From assembly GCA_020137815.1 (NCBI GenBank), contig CM035358.1, positions 7,502,001 to 7,566,000 on the forward strand: 64,000 bases of DNA, read 5' to 3'. The notes under the pieces were generated by a model. That model was not told the DNA's origin. It ran no database searches and saw nothing but the letters and a program-made list of their open reading frames with translations. Positions 1 to 12,556 of the stretch are shown here, one piece after another. Numbering within the stretch: the stretch's first letter is position 1; each line of letters begins with the position of its first letter. The position numbers and the translations under genes are program-made. Source of the stretch: Hormiphora californensis. Its lineage: Eukaryota; Animalia; Ctenophora.

Positions 1-115
1 TGTAGTTTATGCTACATGTTGATGTTATCGCAATTGCAGCTTGGTATAGTTTTTATCAAACAGCATATGTGTTGCTGAGTAGAACCATATAACATATTTC
101 GCAATTCTCTTCCAG

Positions 116-424
116 ACCGAGATCTTAATTGCTTCATCATCGAATCATTGTACAGTCGGACCCCGATTTAGTGGCATTCTCGGGGGAAAAAATCCTGCCA
201 CTAAATCGGGGTGCCACTAAATCGGGGGCCACTAAATCGGGGTCCGACTGTATATAGTTCTTTTCCATACTGCTATATTACAGATTGCTCTTTGCAAAGA
301 AACTAACCCGGGCACGCAAGAAATTACGTGATGTCTTAGGTAATTTCATTACCAAATGGTTAAAGCTTACCCATGAAGGACAGAAAACGTTACTAAAAAA
401 TGAACAAAATGAACTGTTTCCTTG
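116..424 (+). CDS. Last two exons of an unidentified gene (…DRDLNCFIIESL/LLFAKKLTRARKKLRDVLGNFITKWLK…*)
   Basis: Acceptor TCCAG before 116, GT at 150, acceptor TACAG before 284, in-frame join, TGA at ~422-424. No recognisable family. Confidence 0.35.
153..250. mobile_element. Tc1/mariner(pogo)-type MITE
   Basis: TIR CAGTCGGACCCCGATTTAGTGGC, TA on both sides, internal tandem GCCACTAAATCGGGG. A relative lies at 63588-63719. Confidence 0.8.
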
Positions 425-542
425 AAAGAAATTAAACTGTTTCATGACAGGCTGAGAAATGTCAAACAAACCTGTACATGCAATTATAAGCCAGATATTG
501 GAACCCCCTAATATAGCTAGGATAGATTGATTTCAGTTCTGT

Positions 543-640
543 GCTGTCAGAGCATTGGCCTGACCCATTCTCGTTTCTCTCAAATTTGTTCTGCACGCGG
601 AGCGCGCGAGAACTGTGGTCAGAGCATTGGCCTGACAGGT
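543..640. repeat. Dispersed repeat with direct repeats TCAGAGCATTGGCCTGAC
   Basis: A reverse-complement copy is present at ~51862-51935. Confidence 0.7.
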
Positions 641-2144
641 TGTGTTTTCAATCACCTTTCATGTCTTCATGATTCTATAAGTCGCAGGTTAAGCTGTGAC
701 GGTATCCCATGACTGTATTTGCGTGACCTGGTCACATACAGTGGGATATGTCATTGTTTCGGTACACATAATATAGGGTTTGCTATATGTTATAGGGCAC
801 TGCCTGGGGGTATTATACCGCCCAGTCAGTGCCCTGTATTACTAATATTAGTAGTGGTACTAATGTCATTGCGTGACCTGCTATTTTCTGGCCTGAAGAT
901 TAATTGAAAATGTATGATACAGAAATGAACGTGAACACTGTTCCTTAATATCAATATCAATATGCACGTACATCATTAATTTCACTGATCTCTCTAGTTG
1001 CTTTCCCCGAATTATCTCTCACATCCCATTCTCTTTGAGAGTTTGAGACCTGCATTATATGTACTGCGTTTAAGAAGCTACTACGAGGCAGGACTCACGC
1101 GGTATTCTAGTAGGCTGCATGCAACTATTTCAAGACACAAATGATATTGTAAATGAAGTTAATTGTGAGCCTTGTGTCTTCCTACGCAGGGCTACCGGTA
1201 CCCTATCAGAATTTAATTGGATTTAGTCAAGCGATTGACAGTTGTTGAACTATCGTTTATCGATTGATAAAAGCGACCGTTTAACAATCGTTCAAATTAT
1301 AATAGAGATAGTTTATTGAGGATGTATTTGATTATTATTTGGTGGGTATTAAACTCTTCGCTTAAAGGGTTTCTTCACCATTATGTTATGTTGATGTACC
1401 ACTTTACCATGGACTAATCTTGCAGCTTATTTGTTAATTATGGACTTTGATATAGTCTTGTCTTAATTTTCCAGCTTCATATGAGTCCAGATAAACCTGT
1501 CGATATTATACAATTGAGACTCGCTGTATATAATCAGTGTCAATTGTCAAGTTGAGGCTAAATTGCAGATATTCACATTCAGTGAATGCTATGACGGTCT
1601 TTGGCAGGACAGTGATCTTCTACAATGAAACAGAACAAGTACTTCACGAGGGGACTCTTTCTGATTATGTGAGTACAACTGCAGTAGACACCCGTCGAGT
1701 GTTACTCGATTTATATGTTCACACTTTGGTCGCACTTTGGTCGCACTCCGAGGGTGGTATGTAGTCCGATTTACTTGGTTGATCTGGTCTCTGGAGTTGA
1801 TATCGCTCCAGAGTGCAGCCTTTTCCTCTACCCTCTCCAGTCCGTCAGTTTGTCAGCAACCCTATCATATTGTGGTAGCCAGCGCTGCTAGGGTTGCGTC
1901 AGAAATTATGTCATTGTTTGACCAAACTGCTATGCGTGCTATCGAGATTGTTAGCACACACTCGTTGATTGGGTGAGACAGTGTCGGTGCAAGGCATCGA
2001 GGTCAAGCAAGGGACTGTATTGAGAGCTATTATCATTGCTTGGGGGCATCTAATAGTCGGACTGAGAAATAGCCACATGGAGGTGAAAAAAAAGGAAAAT
2101 AATAATGCAAAGATTTCACGCCCTAATACAATCCCCCCTTTCAG

Positions 2145-5100
2145 GTGATGAACAACACGTTTGCGGCAGTAATCGTAGTCCTGGCGATAATGTCTGCCTT
2201 CGCTAATCCCATCCTGTTCAAGTATAACAGTGGTCAAAAGGAAAGCACCGGAAAACTTCTCTTTCAGGTAAGGACCCAGAGTTTTTGGGCAGTTGCCATG
2301 GCGCATTGATAGTGGGTACTGGTCACGAAGGTAGCCTACCTTGGTAGGGGGCAATAATTGTCCATGGGAATTTACTATTGGGGTTTACTTTACACGAGGG
2401 CAGAGGGTGGGGCTTGAGTCTGGAGATCTTAGCTCCTCCAAAAAGGAGGGCTGTACTGCATTTTGTACTGCATTTTGGAAAGATTCTAATTCAGTGGAAC
2501 AGTGGTAATTTGGTTAAAAAGTTAGATTATTCATGGTTACCCCTTAGCTCCATTGGAAGATTATGTTTATCTTCCAGTTTAATTCTCTTATAGTTCTCCA
2601 ACCGAGACAATAAATCCAAGTTTATCGCCCACGAATCTTCTCTATTGAAGTCAGATAGTGGTTAAAACACAAAAAGAAACAAGTTAACTAACTAACTAAC
2701 TAACTAAATTTTATTCCTCCCCTCTCGGAAGCATTCCAATCTACTATTCCTGATTCCAATGCAATTTAATAATCCTGATTCCGATTTAATATATTTTCTC
2801 CCTACCCCCCTGCAGTGTTTGGCAGTTGCTGATTTCCTGGCGAATCTAATCCAACCATACATGGCGGTATACCATCTCTTATCTCCAGACAACCCACCGA
2901 TACGAAGTGTGGCAACCTTCCTTCAGGTGAAACTAAATGTCAGAGATTATATATTTCATAACTCGCCCTTATCTACCTTCGGGTATACTGTCAGAGCTCC
3001 TCACCCCTGACAGATTAAAGTTTATTAGTTTTGTGTAACACTGTGAAGTGTGAGGGCTTGGCAGATCAAGTCAATCGAAGAATAAACTTCCTCTGTTATG
3101 CTCTAACCCTCCTTAACATAACCGTTACGGGGCGCGGTGAGAGAGGGTCGAACAGGGCAAAACATCCTACCTATTATAAAGATAGGTTCCAGACCCTGTA
3201 ACTTTATAGGATAAAGCTTGCGTAATAATTGAAATCTATGTATTATTATGATCAGTTTTTAACTATCTAAATGACTGACTAAGACAGACACAAGACAAGC
3301 GTAGGGCCCTCCAATGTGCATTGTGCACTGCTCTCCCTTGAATTTTCAAGGGAGTTCGTACGGAGGGTTCCAGGCTATGCCGTCTATACCCGGGTGGTAT
3401 GAGACTTGGTACGCCTTAGCTTAATGCCCCAAAAAAAAAAGAAAAAAAAAGATAGGTTGATTTAATCTATCTTCAGGCTAGACGTCTATTCTTCAATCAA
3501 CCATCCGCATAAATATATTACCCTGCATAATTTCCTTTGAAGTATTTCATAATTTCGATATTTCGAAAACTATCATAACTCGCCCGTTCTTTGAAACGTC
3601 AAAGCTGAATATTATAGTCTGCTATTATAATATGACTAGATAAAAAACTGTTTTTCTAAGAAAAGATTTGAAAAGTTTCTTAAAAAACGAGAGTAAGGTA
3701 GTCAAAGAGATATTCAAAGAAAATATGCAGGACCTGCATTGCAGGTGAATATATTTAATATTTAGGCTGATGTTTTCAAACAGAATTTCTAGAAAACCTG
3801 TGCGCTAGAACATAAAGCGATCCCCAATATTTCATTTCCCATTACATAATTCATCGTCATTAATTCCTGTTTCATTCCCCGATATACAGATAGCGTACAC
3901 TGTGTTTACGATGACATGTGTAATCAGCTCCAACATCATCACCTCTCTCCTATCTATTACACGGTAAGAAGCATTTACAAATTGGAAACTGACACCAGCT
4001 GTTGGAAACTGACGCCAGTTTCCAATTTGTAATTATCAGAACAGACGGTTATTTTTCTATAAATCGTAGCACTTCGATCTATTGATTTCTAATGCTGCTC
4101 CTCTCCTATAGATGCCTGAAGATTGTCCGGCCGTTTGTCCGAATAAAAAACAGGATATTACTGGGGTATGTGGGTGCTAATATTCTCTTTGTGCTCGTTT
4201 TGGTAGTGAGGAACGTTGTCTTGTGTGGAGATGGACTTAATGGCACAGGTAATAAAGGGCACAATTCTAGAACCTTCTATGAACCTTCTATTAAATTTAT
4301 TAGAAGGCTTCGAAAATAATTCGATTTTGATTTAAATGCCAAATCATTTAAATTGTGCGTCAATCAACAGTTTAAACCATTTATCAACTAAACTCTCCAA
4401 TCACGTCTCAACTATACCTTAATTGTAGAATTCATTGTGACTTCAAGTCACGCCGATAAATGATTAACAAACCCTTGATTTTAGGTCAAGCCTATTGGCT
4501 AAGATAAATGATTAACAAACCCTTGATTTCAGGTCAACCCTATTGGCTAAGATAAATGATTAACAAACCCTTGATTTCAGGTCAACCCTATTGGCTAAGA
4601 TAAATGATTAACAAACCCTTGATTTCAGGTCAAGCCTATTGGCTGAGATTCAATCTTGTATCCTGGAGGGACAACAAGCCAATCGCAATGTTAGCCCTCG
4701 CTATCCCATACATTCTCCACTCTCTGACCTCCATCATAGCGAGTCTGATAACTGTGTACTACCTCCTCCGCTCCTCCAGGACTGTCCTCACAGACACCAG
4801 GAAGAACAGCAGACAGAGCAGTATCGCTATTGTTCTGATGAACTTTGGAAATTCGCTATTCCTGGTCTACATAGCCCTTGCTGCGTATATAATGACAGCA
4901 CAGCCCCACAACGTGTACACCCTCCTCAAGATAAACTTCCTCAAGGATGTCTTCTCTCCGATAGTGTTATCTGCTGTTAACCCTGTTATCCTCTATGTGT
5001 GTTGTCAAGATTGTAGGAAGATGGTCAGGGTCATGTTGAGGAGAGCCAAGAGGGTGTTAGTGTCTTGCAACAAGGATGAGATATATGGTGTTAGGTACTC

Positions 5101-5200
5101 AATCAAGGGCAGTCATAGTGGTACACAGAGTAAAGATAGTAGTGTTCATATGTATTGTAGGGCAGGGACTGTGCTAGTCAATAGAACTGCTGTACTATGA
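2145..5200 (+). CDS. Rhodopsin-class-like 7TM GPCR (5' exon(s) uncertain, possibly from ~1590)
   Basis: In-phase exons 2145-2267 (TM1, …SAFANPIL), 2816-2926 (TM2, CLAVADFL), 3890-3963 (TM3, …SITR), 4112-4248, 4629-5200 (TM5-7, SAVNPVILY = NPxxY-like). Confidence 0.8.
4455..4649 (+). repeat. 4x 48-bp tandem repeat spanning the GPCR last-exon acceptor
   Basis: Unit GATAAATGATTAACAAACCCTTGATTTYAG|GTCAASCCTATTGGCTAA, with AG at 4483, 4531, 4579 and 4627. Confidence 0.95.
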
Positions 5201-5790
5201 GTATTGACTACATTATACATGTATTGTACATTGTAGATGTACGCAATGAACACACGTATTCATCGAACTGCAGTTGTTGAGAGTTGATCTACCGAACCCT
5301 GAATGAGAGAAACAAAATGACGGTGTGAGACACACGAAAGCTAGTTTTTTTTAAAATTTATTCCACTTACTTCGCCAGTATGTATTAGCAAGCCCGCATT
5401 ATGAATGTTGTATTTGTTATATTTGTTGTATAATTGCTAGCTATCGCTGATAAAAATGTGGTACGTATCGAATCAAACTTTTCATTATTTCACATTATCA
5501 TTGTGTATAGTATCTTTGCTTTACATTTGAACTACACAAAACCATTCCCGATTTCTTTAGTCTTGTTAGTCGTTCTTACTAAATTTCTTTGGAATAACCG
5601 GGGAATAACCGATAAAATTTAATTTTCCATACTCGAAAGTATACTTTAAAATATCGATAGGGGGTCCCATCGATCGCCTGTTATTAATACTATTCATTTC
5701 ATGTTCTAAAGTAGTGAATTGCACAGCTTGAGGATCTGCAAATAACAAGCTGCGTCGTTCATTCAATCACTATATAATATGAGCCTCATA

Positions 5791-7142
5791 TTTAGGTGCC
5801 GGCAGGCACCTCCGACCCGAAGAAAACAGCAAAAAACGAAAAAAAGAAAAAAAAAATTTTTGCCCTTGCACAAAAACCCAAAAATGCCGGCCCTATTAAG
5901 AACAAAGAAAGGTCTTTTTTTGGGGGGGGGGGGGGGGGGGGGGCAAAAAACATGTCAACGATTGTGGCCACACCGTTTGAGATATCGACTTGAAATTTTG
6001 TAGGCATGTTCTTGTAGTATTCCTTTGTGTCATGACGTTGGCGGATTTTTGAATTTTTAATTAATTAATTAATTATAGGTAATTAAAAATGGTGCAAGGG
6101 CACCGTGCCCTTGCACATTGCGTGTTCTGTCCCTTGCACCGCGCCCTTGCACCAAATTCTATTTTCCGTTCTGCTTAAAATATCGACTTGAAACTTTGTA
6201 GGAATGTTCTTCAATCATAAAAGATGATGTTCGAAAAGTGGGAATAGTCAAAATTAATTAATTAGTTAGTTAGAGCCGTGCAAAAAATGGAATTTGGTGC
6301 AAGGGCAGGCAATGTGCAAGGGCAAATGGTGCAAGGGCAGCCCTTGCACCAATTTTATGATCGAACTGTGTCCACACCGTTTAATATTTTGACACGAAAC
6401 TTTCTATGCATGTTCTAGTAGCATAACTACGAGTACTAGAAGAGCCGTATGATTAATATATCAATTAGGTAATTAATTATAGGCAAATTAATCAAAATTT
6501 GCCCTTGCACAATTTGTGCAAATTTCCCCTGAACATGTGCCCTTGCACCATTTTGTTTGCCCATGCACTAAATTATATTTTCCGTTCTGCTTAAAATATC
6601 GACTTGAAACTTTCTAGGAATGTTCTTCATGCATAAAACATATAATATAATCTACAGAAAGTGGGAATAGTCAAAATTAATTAATTAATTACTTAGAGAT
6701 TAATTTTGGGGTGGCCCCTGCACAATTTGCCCCCAATTCGCGTGCACACGCTGGCAAGGGGTAACTTCGTAACCAAAGCCTGTGAATTGTGCATAATGAA
6801 ATGGATAAATTTTCATCCAGCTGCTGGCGATAGAACTCGATAGAGTTCGATTGATTTACCATGACAACGGAGTTGGTTACCATACTAACCAGAGAATTCG
6901 TTGTAAAATAGTCCTTTCTTGCTATAAACTCGGCCTTTAGATAGAAAATTGATTTTATTCTACTCGCACTAATGCAAGGGCATTTCACAGTTTGGTGCCG
7001 TTATTTTTGTCTCTATTTTTACTAGGATTTTGGGATTAGACTGAAAGTATGGGATCATTTGAGAAGTAGTGAAGATTTGAAACATGTTAGCAACTTGCCG
7101 GTTCGACAAACTAAGCCCATATGATTCCAACTTCGGGTCGGA
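5791..7142. mobile_element. Non-autonomous Helentron/HINE-like element (tentative)
   Basis: Terminal hairpin GGTGCC-GGCA-GGCACC, 12-bp sub-terminal IR TCCGACCCGAAG (5811-5822 / 7131-7142), many GCCCTTGCAC motifs in both orientations, internally duplicated blocks (ATATCGACTTGAAACTTT…). Confidence 0.5.
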
Positions 7143-7324
7143 CGAGGGGAAGCTTGCCTTTTGCGAACATAATAATAGCCTTAAAGGGCTAAATGAGGAA
7201 AGGTGGACAGAGATAAGAGATTAGAGATAAGAATCTTAACTTATATCTCTTCTACTTCTAGATAACAGACATCTTCTAAAAAGTAGAAGATGTGCTTTAG
7301 CAGCTCCCCATCATAACACAAACA

Positions 7325-7967
7325 CGGGTGGGGTGGGGTTAAAACACAGTGTTTAAGGGAATGGTGGGGTTAAAACACAGTAAATGGGATGGTGGGTACC
7401 TTAATTAAAACACAGTGTTGAAGGGGATGGTGGGTACCTTGAGCGAGTGGGGTGGGGTTAAAACACAGTGTTGGGGGGGATGGTGTGGGTACCTTGGTGG
7501 GGTTAAAACACAGTGTTTAAGGGAATGGTGGGTACCTTGGTGGGGTTAAAACACAGTGTTTAAGGGAATGCTGGGTACCTTGAGCGAGTGGGGTTAAAAC
7601 ACAGTGTTTAAGGGGATGGTGGGTACCTTGGTGGGGTTAAAACACAGTGTTTAAGGGGATGGTGGGTACCTTGAGCGAGTGGGGTGGGGTTAAAACACAG
7701 TGTTTACAGGGAATGGTGGGTACCTTGAGCGGGTGGGGTTAAAACACAGTGGTTAAGGGAATGGTGGGTACCTTGGGTTAAAACACAGTGTTTAAGGGGA
7801 TGGTGGGTACCTTGAGCGAGTGGGGTGGGGTTAAAACACAGTGTTTAAGGGGATGGTGGGTACCTTGAGCGAGTGGGGTGGGGTTAAAACACAGTGTTTA
7901 AGGGGATGGTGGGTACCTTGAGCGGGTTAAAACACAGTGTTTAAGGGGATGGTGGGTACCTTGAGCA
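7325..7967 (-). repeat. Variable ~40-53-bp minisatellite containing repeated splice-donor CAAG|GTACCC
   Basis: + strand unit GGGGTTAAAACACAGTGTTTAAGGGGATGGTGGGTACCTTGAGCGAGT, ~13 copies. The last copy is the real donor of exon 7960-8052. Confidence 0.9.
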
Positions 7968-10900
7968 AGAGGTGACAGTTGTATATCCAGGTGTTTAGTG
8001 TTATCAGTGAGGCTCAGAAGGTATTGATGACACTTCCAATCACCCCTTTCACCTGCAATATAATTAGACACATTTCAAAACTAATAAAGATAGGTAAACC
8101 TGGCGTTCTTATCATCATATGGTGCCTAAACCCTGGTGAAGTCATTTGGTTCGGCACTCGATAATAAAAAGCGCCAGGTGTCTGGTGTTATAGTACACCA
8201 GACTACAGTAAGACACTAAGGTATACCTTGTGGGGCGCGTGAATAACAGTCTAACTTGGCAAGGTATACCCTTATAAATAGGTCTTTAAATTAAATGGCT
8301 TTATTTTCTCATGGTTCATTCTGCCTCTTTATCTTCAATGATTCTCTAAAGATTATTCTGAATAACGAGACCTGGACAAGAACTAAATAGGAAAGAAAAT
8401 GGAAAGAAGAAGCCATTAAACGGAGCATGTGAAATAGAGGAAGCCTGGGAACCGTTTAATAGCTTCTTATTCTTCTGGGAGTTCCGGGAACCGTTTAACC
8501 CACAGAACCGTTTAATAGTTTGAACCCTTTATAAATTTACCTGCGTAGATACATCCCCGGACATTCTTTCTATAAACCCTTTCTGACTCTGAGAGAGAAT
8601 TTTACTTTTTAGTAATCAAATCAGTAAAATGCGTGGCGTGTTGTACCTAATAAAATGCACAACCCAAGAAAAGGAAAAGGAAACCACCACTCTTCCGAAA
8701 GTTGATATATCAACTCGAGATTACCTTTCATTAGTTGATCAATTAATTAATTAATTACCTTTAGTTTCGGTCGGCTGTTCTCTGGATTTCCGAAGTGGTG
8801 TTTTCTCCTCTCTTGCTACCTCCCCAATTTCTACTTTTTTCACTGGAGAGGATGACATGACTAAATCATCATCGTCATCCGTAGTGGTCGTATCAGACAC
8901 CACTTTCTTCTTTTCCGGGACCACTTTATTTCCGGGTGGTCCATCCTTCTTTCCGGGTGGTCCATCCTTCTTTTCTGACATCATTTTCTTAGAAGGACCT
9001 GGATCTTTCTTAGCGGGACCTGGATCTTTCTTAGAAATCGAGGGTTCGTTTTTGGAGGAAGTAGCATCGTTTTTCTCAGTAACTTTCTTCGAGGGGGTGG
9101 ATGATGGTTCCTTTTTCACATTTTTAGCAGGACTGATTTCCTTTTTCACATTTTTAGCAGGACTGATGTCTCTTTTCTCATTAGCCTTCTTAGGAGGTTC
9201 AATCTTCTCCGTATCTTTCTTGACATCTTCTTTTTTCTCGGGCAATGATCTCTTAGCAGGGAGACCCTTCTTCTCAGTCTCCATCCTCCCGGTTTGGATC
9301 TCGCTCTCTTCCTCGCTATTAACCTCAGTCTCACTACTTGATCCCGTGCTACTATCTGTTAGTAGGTGTCTTCAATATCGGGGAAGGGGGACTTGTAATT
9401 CGGTGCAGGGGTCGGTTTAGACGGACTGTTGGTTGAGGATTTCTGGGTCACTGCGGCAGAAGTCTGATTGGGCACCTAGGGGGAGATTAAGTTGTTTGAT
9501 TCAATTGGGGGAGGGGCGAGCAAGAGGAATGGTTCAGACAGGATCAAAAACATACGGATGTTGTAATCGATCAGTTTCTAAATAACTAAATACTGACAGG
9601 TAACTCATGCGTCATGTCCGCTTCATGACAATTTCTCGGCGGCCAGCTCAAATCTCAATGAAACATTTAAATGTCTTAGACATGTCATGAACCTGTCATG
9701 AGACCAGCTCATGTGTCTCTCATGACATGTCTCGTCTCTAGCTCGGTCTTCTAACAAAATCAAACCTTGTCTAAGTTTCAGAATATGGTTGAGTTGGATG
9801 TTAGCCTTGGAGTACAGGCCAGCGAACTCTCTGTAATCCAACTTGCCATCTTTGTTAGCGTCTAGAGATGAGAACACAGCAGCCACCGCACTATCACTCA
9901 TTTTATCACCCAACTAGGAGGGGGAAATGCATGGTGAGAACATGTGTGTACATGTTGTCTACCCACCTGAAATCTGAATTTAGATTTCGATTTGTAATGT
10001 TCTAACCCTCCTTTACATTTGTGGGCACGAAAGAGGGTCAAGGCAACTCTCGATGTACACGTAGGTACAATCAAGGTGACAAATGGGGAGAGGGCATCCC
10101 CTCTGACAAATGTATCATTTGTTCAATGTTCATGATTCAGGATTTTACGTTGATGTACATTGTAACAATATATGTCTAAGTCTGATTCAAGTTATTTACC
10201 CGTTGTAGTAAGACACGGAGCTCACTAAGAGATATACTGTTATCACCGTTGATGTCAAATGTTCTGAATGCTCTAATTATCTGCTCCTCTGTAATGGAGG
10301 GCACACCCGCTACAATACCCCCTATCCTGTCAAATGCTATCAAACCTGTCATTGGAGGAGATAGGGGGGTTACTCAATAACTGGGGGTGGGAGACAGATA
10401 CCATTCTCAGAGGGAATATTATACGGATAGATGCCCCCCCCTAGATCCTAGATCGAACACCATGAGCAATGAGGGCGAATTCATTCATTGACTGAAGCCC
10501 TTGTCAGTACATTATAATGTTCACATACCTCCTTCGTCTTTTAGGATGCTCTCCGCTCGTCTATCACTCACATCCTTCCCGCACAAACACAGCACTGAAA
10601 ATATAAGTTAGTTAACTCTCCTGACAGCTTATAATAATACTAGTGTGTTCGAACTGTCTTGAATCTTGTTCGGCCTCCAACAAGCAAGGAGCGGGAAAGA
10701 CAAATAACGTGTTGATGCCTGATGGAAGGGTAGCAGATGGTGCGCGGCGCCCTATACCACAAACAGTGTTGACAACGTTAGCTTTCAACAGCGCGCATGT
10801 CATTGTCGATCGCGCGCGAGAGTCTTTCACCGGTATTGGCAAGAAACTATCACGAGGCATGTGATACCTAACATGCTTTGTTTGTGGGGTTGAGACAGTC

Positions 10901-11049
10901 AAAAAAGTAATAGAAGTGAAGTTTTAGACTTCCTAACACTACTACTTTTTGGTATATGAAGACTCACATTCCTTGAGTTCCGCAGATTCCATAATATCAT
11001 TGTGCTTGCTCTTCCGCAGGTACAGCCACGCTTGATCAACCGTTGACAT
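7960..11049 (-). CDS. EF-hand protein, EFCAB7-like (3' exons not found in window)
   Basis: ATG at 11049. Spliced exons give FRTFDINGDNSISLSEL and LDANKDGKLDYREF EF-hands, a K/P-rich low-complexity exon (~8760-9476), then RGCIYAGERGDWKCHQYLLSL, resembling the EFCAB7 GC…HQY segment. Confidence 0.65.
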
Positions 11050-11114
11050 GTTAAACTAGAAAGAGAGGGTAGAGGGCTACTTAAGTCGGATTTTTTGAAG
11101 TTGTCACCCCCTTT

Positions 11115-12229
11115 TTACGTCGTGCGTGACAGCCCCCATGCACTTGCTCTCACTTTACGGCAAAAAAAACCGCATAAAGTTTTTATTTGACGAAATTGTT
11201 CAAGAAACAAAGGAGTGAGAGCCAAAACAGTCATCATCATAATCAATATAAGGGATAGATGGGCCAAAACTGGGGAAAGTTGTAGATCAAGTCCAGAAAA
11301 CACCCCTCCGGGATTTTGAGTTCTTCCAGAGTTGCACTCTATGTCATGAGGGTGTAAAGCAGCTCTACCATCGGTGTTGGTAGGTGTTGGATTTGTTCGT
11401 GTCTTGGACTTCACTGCCGCTTCTAATGAAGCACCTCCCCTCATATCTCTCATAGCCTCCCTGATTGATACCTGTCGGGTGATGTAGTCTCTTTCCCGGA
11501 GGTCGCCAGACGTAACCAGAGGCCGGAGGTGAGAAAAGTCCAGGAGTGGGAGGATGGGAGTCCAGTCCTTCAGTATAAGTCCAGTCAAGGGCTCTCGGCA
11601 AGTCTTGTCTCCGCAGCACTTGTCCCCACCTGCCCACATCCGCACCGTTCAGGAACAAGGTTGCCAACATGGTTTCTGGTTCCCCCAACAATCCAGTTAT
11701 ATAAACCGGGCCCCCTGGATAACCCGGTCTATGTTTGTCCCGTTTCAGAACCCGCAGTACCCATGCCCAGTGAACAGATAATGCTGTTTCGAGCATCTTC
11801 TGAAGGAATGCCTGGTGGTCAGCTTGTAGCCCTGGCAACAGATCTAATGCCGTCTGAACATTTCTGGCTCTGTGTTGGGGGTCCAGAAGTGGGGCGGCTA
11901 GGGTGTCAAGGTAGCCCTCACCAAAAAACTGTGTGGAGGAAGGGGTACCTGTTACTACTGATAGTTACCCTCCTTCAGAGCAAGACAGGTGACCACCCAT
12001 TCATCAAGACTAATGTCCTTCTTTTGGAGAGTCAAGGAGAACCTGGACAGAAACTCCATTAGCCCGGAAAGAAACTCATTGATGGGCCCTTGATGTCCCT
12101 AAGCAATCCATTTGCCTTCCCCTTCCTCTCGTCGTCCAGTTTACCCCCAGTTATCACCTTCTCCCAGATCCCCACGCCCTCAGAAGATTGCGGATATGGC
12201 TCACAAACTTCATATCCTTCAGGAGGGGT
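11115..12229 (-). pseudogene. Decayed coding-like sequence, continued at 17383-~17800, interrupted by the TIR element
   Basis: Fragments resemble the CR1 ORF2 C-terminus (WAWVLRVLKRD; YNSFSFRAPQLWNRL). The frame reads across the insertion site when one GGT is kept (KTPP/LLKDMKF…). Confidence 0.35.
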
Positions 12230-12556
12230 TAGTAGAGTCGATAACTACATCGACCTCTCCCAATTGTTCCAGTTTTTGTCACATCTGTTTGGAGCCTCGA
12301 CACGACTTCTAAACAGGTGTTACTTTTTCACAAACTGTTTTCGTCTTGGTGTAATCAGCAGTTGAAATGTTGCTGATCATAACAAAAACCTGACTAAATT
12401 TTTTCAACTTGGGGTAAAACCATGGGTGTCAAAAGTTAGCTCTAGGTCCCCTGAGTAACCATCCGGAGACTCTAAGAGATATTTCAAGCCGTTCTCCCGT
12501 AATCATTAATCCCGGTGGACTACAACGTAAAACTATTTATTGAGTTTCAGAAAGCC

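Noticed and set aside
5779-6007. Short ORFs around the poly-A and poly-G tracts
   Set aside because: Low-complexity translations within a non-autonomous repeat.
8857-9420. 187-aa Phe/Ser-rich + strand ORF
   Set aside because: Antisense shadow of the Lys/Glu-rich exon of the EF-hand gene.
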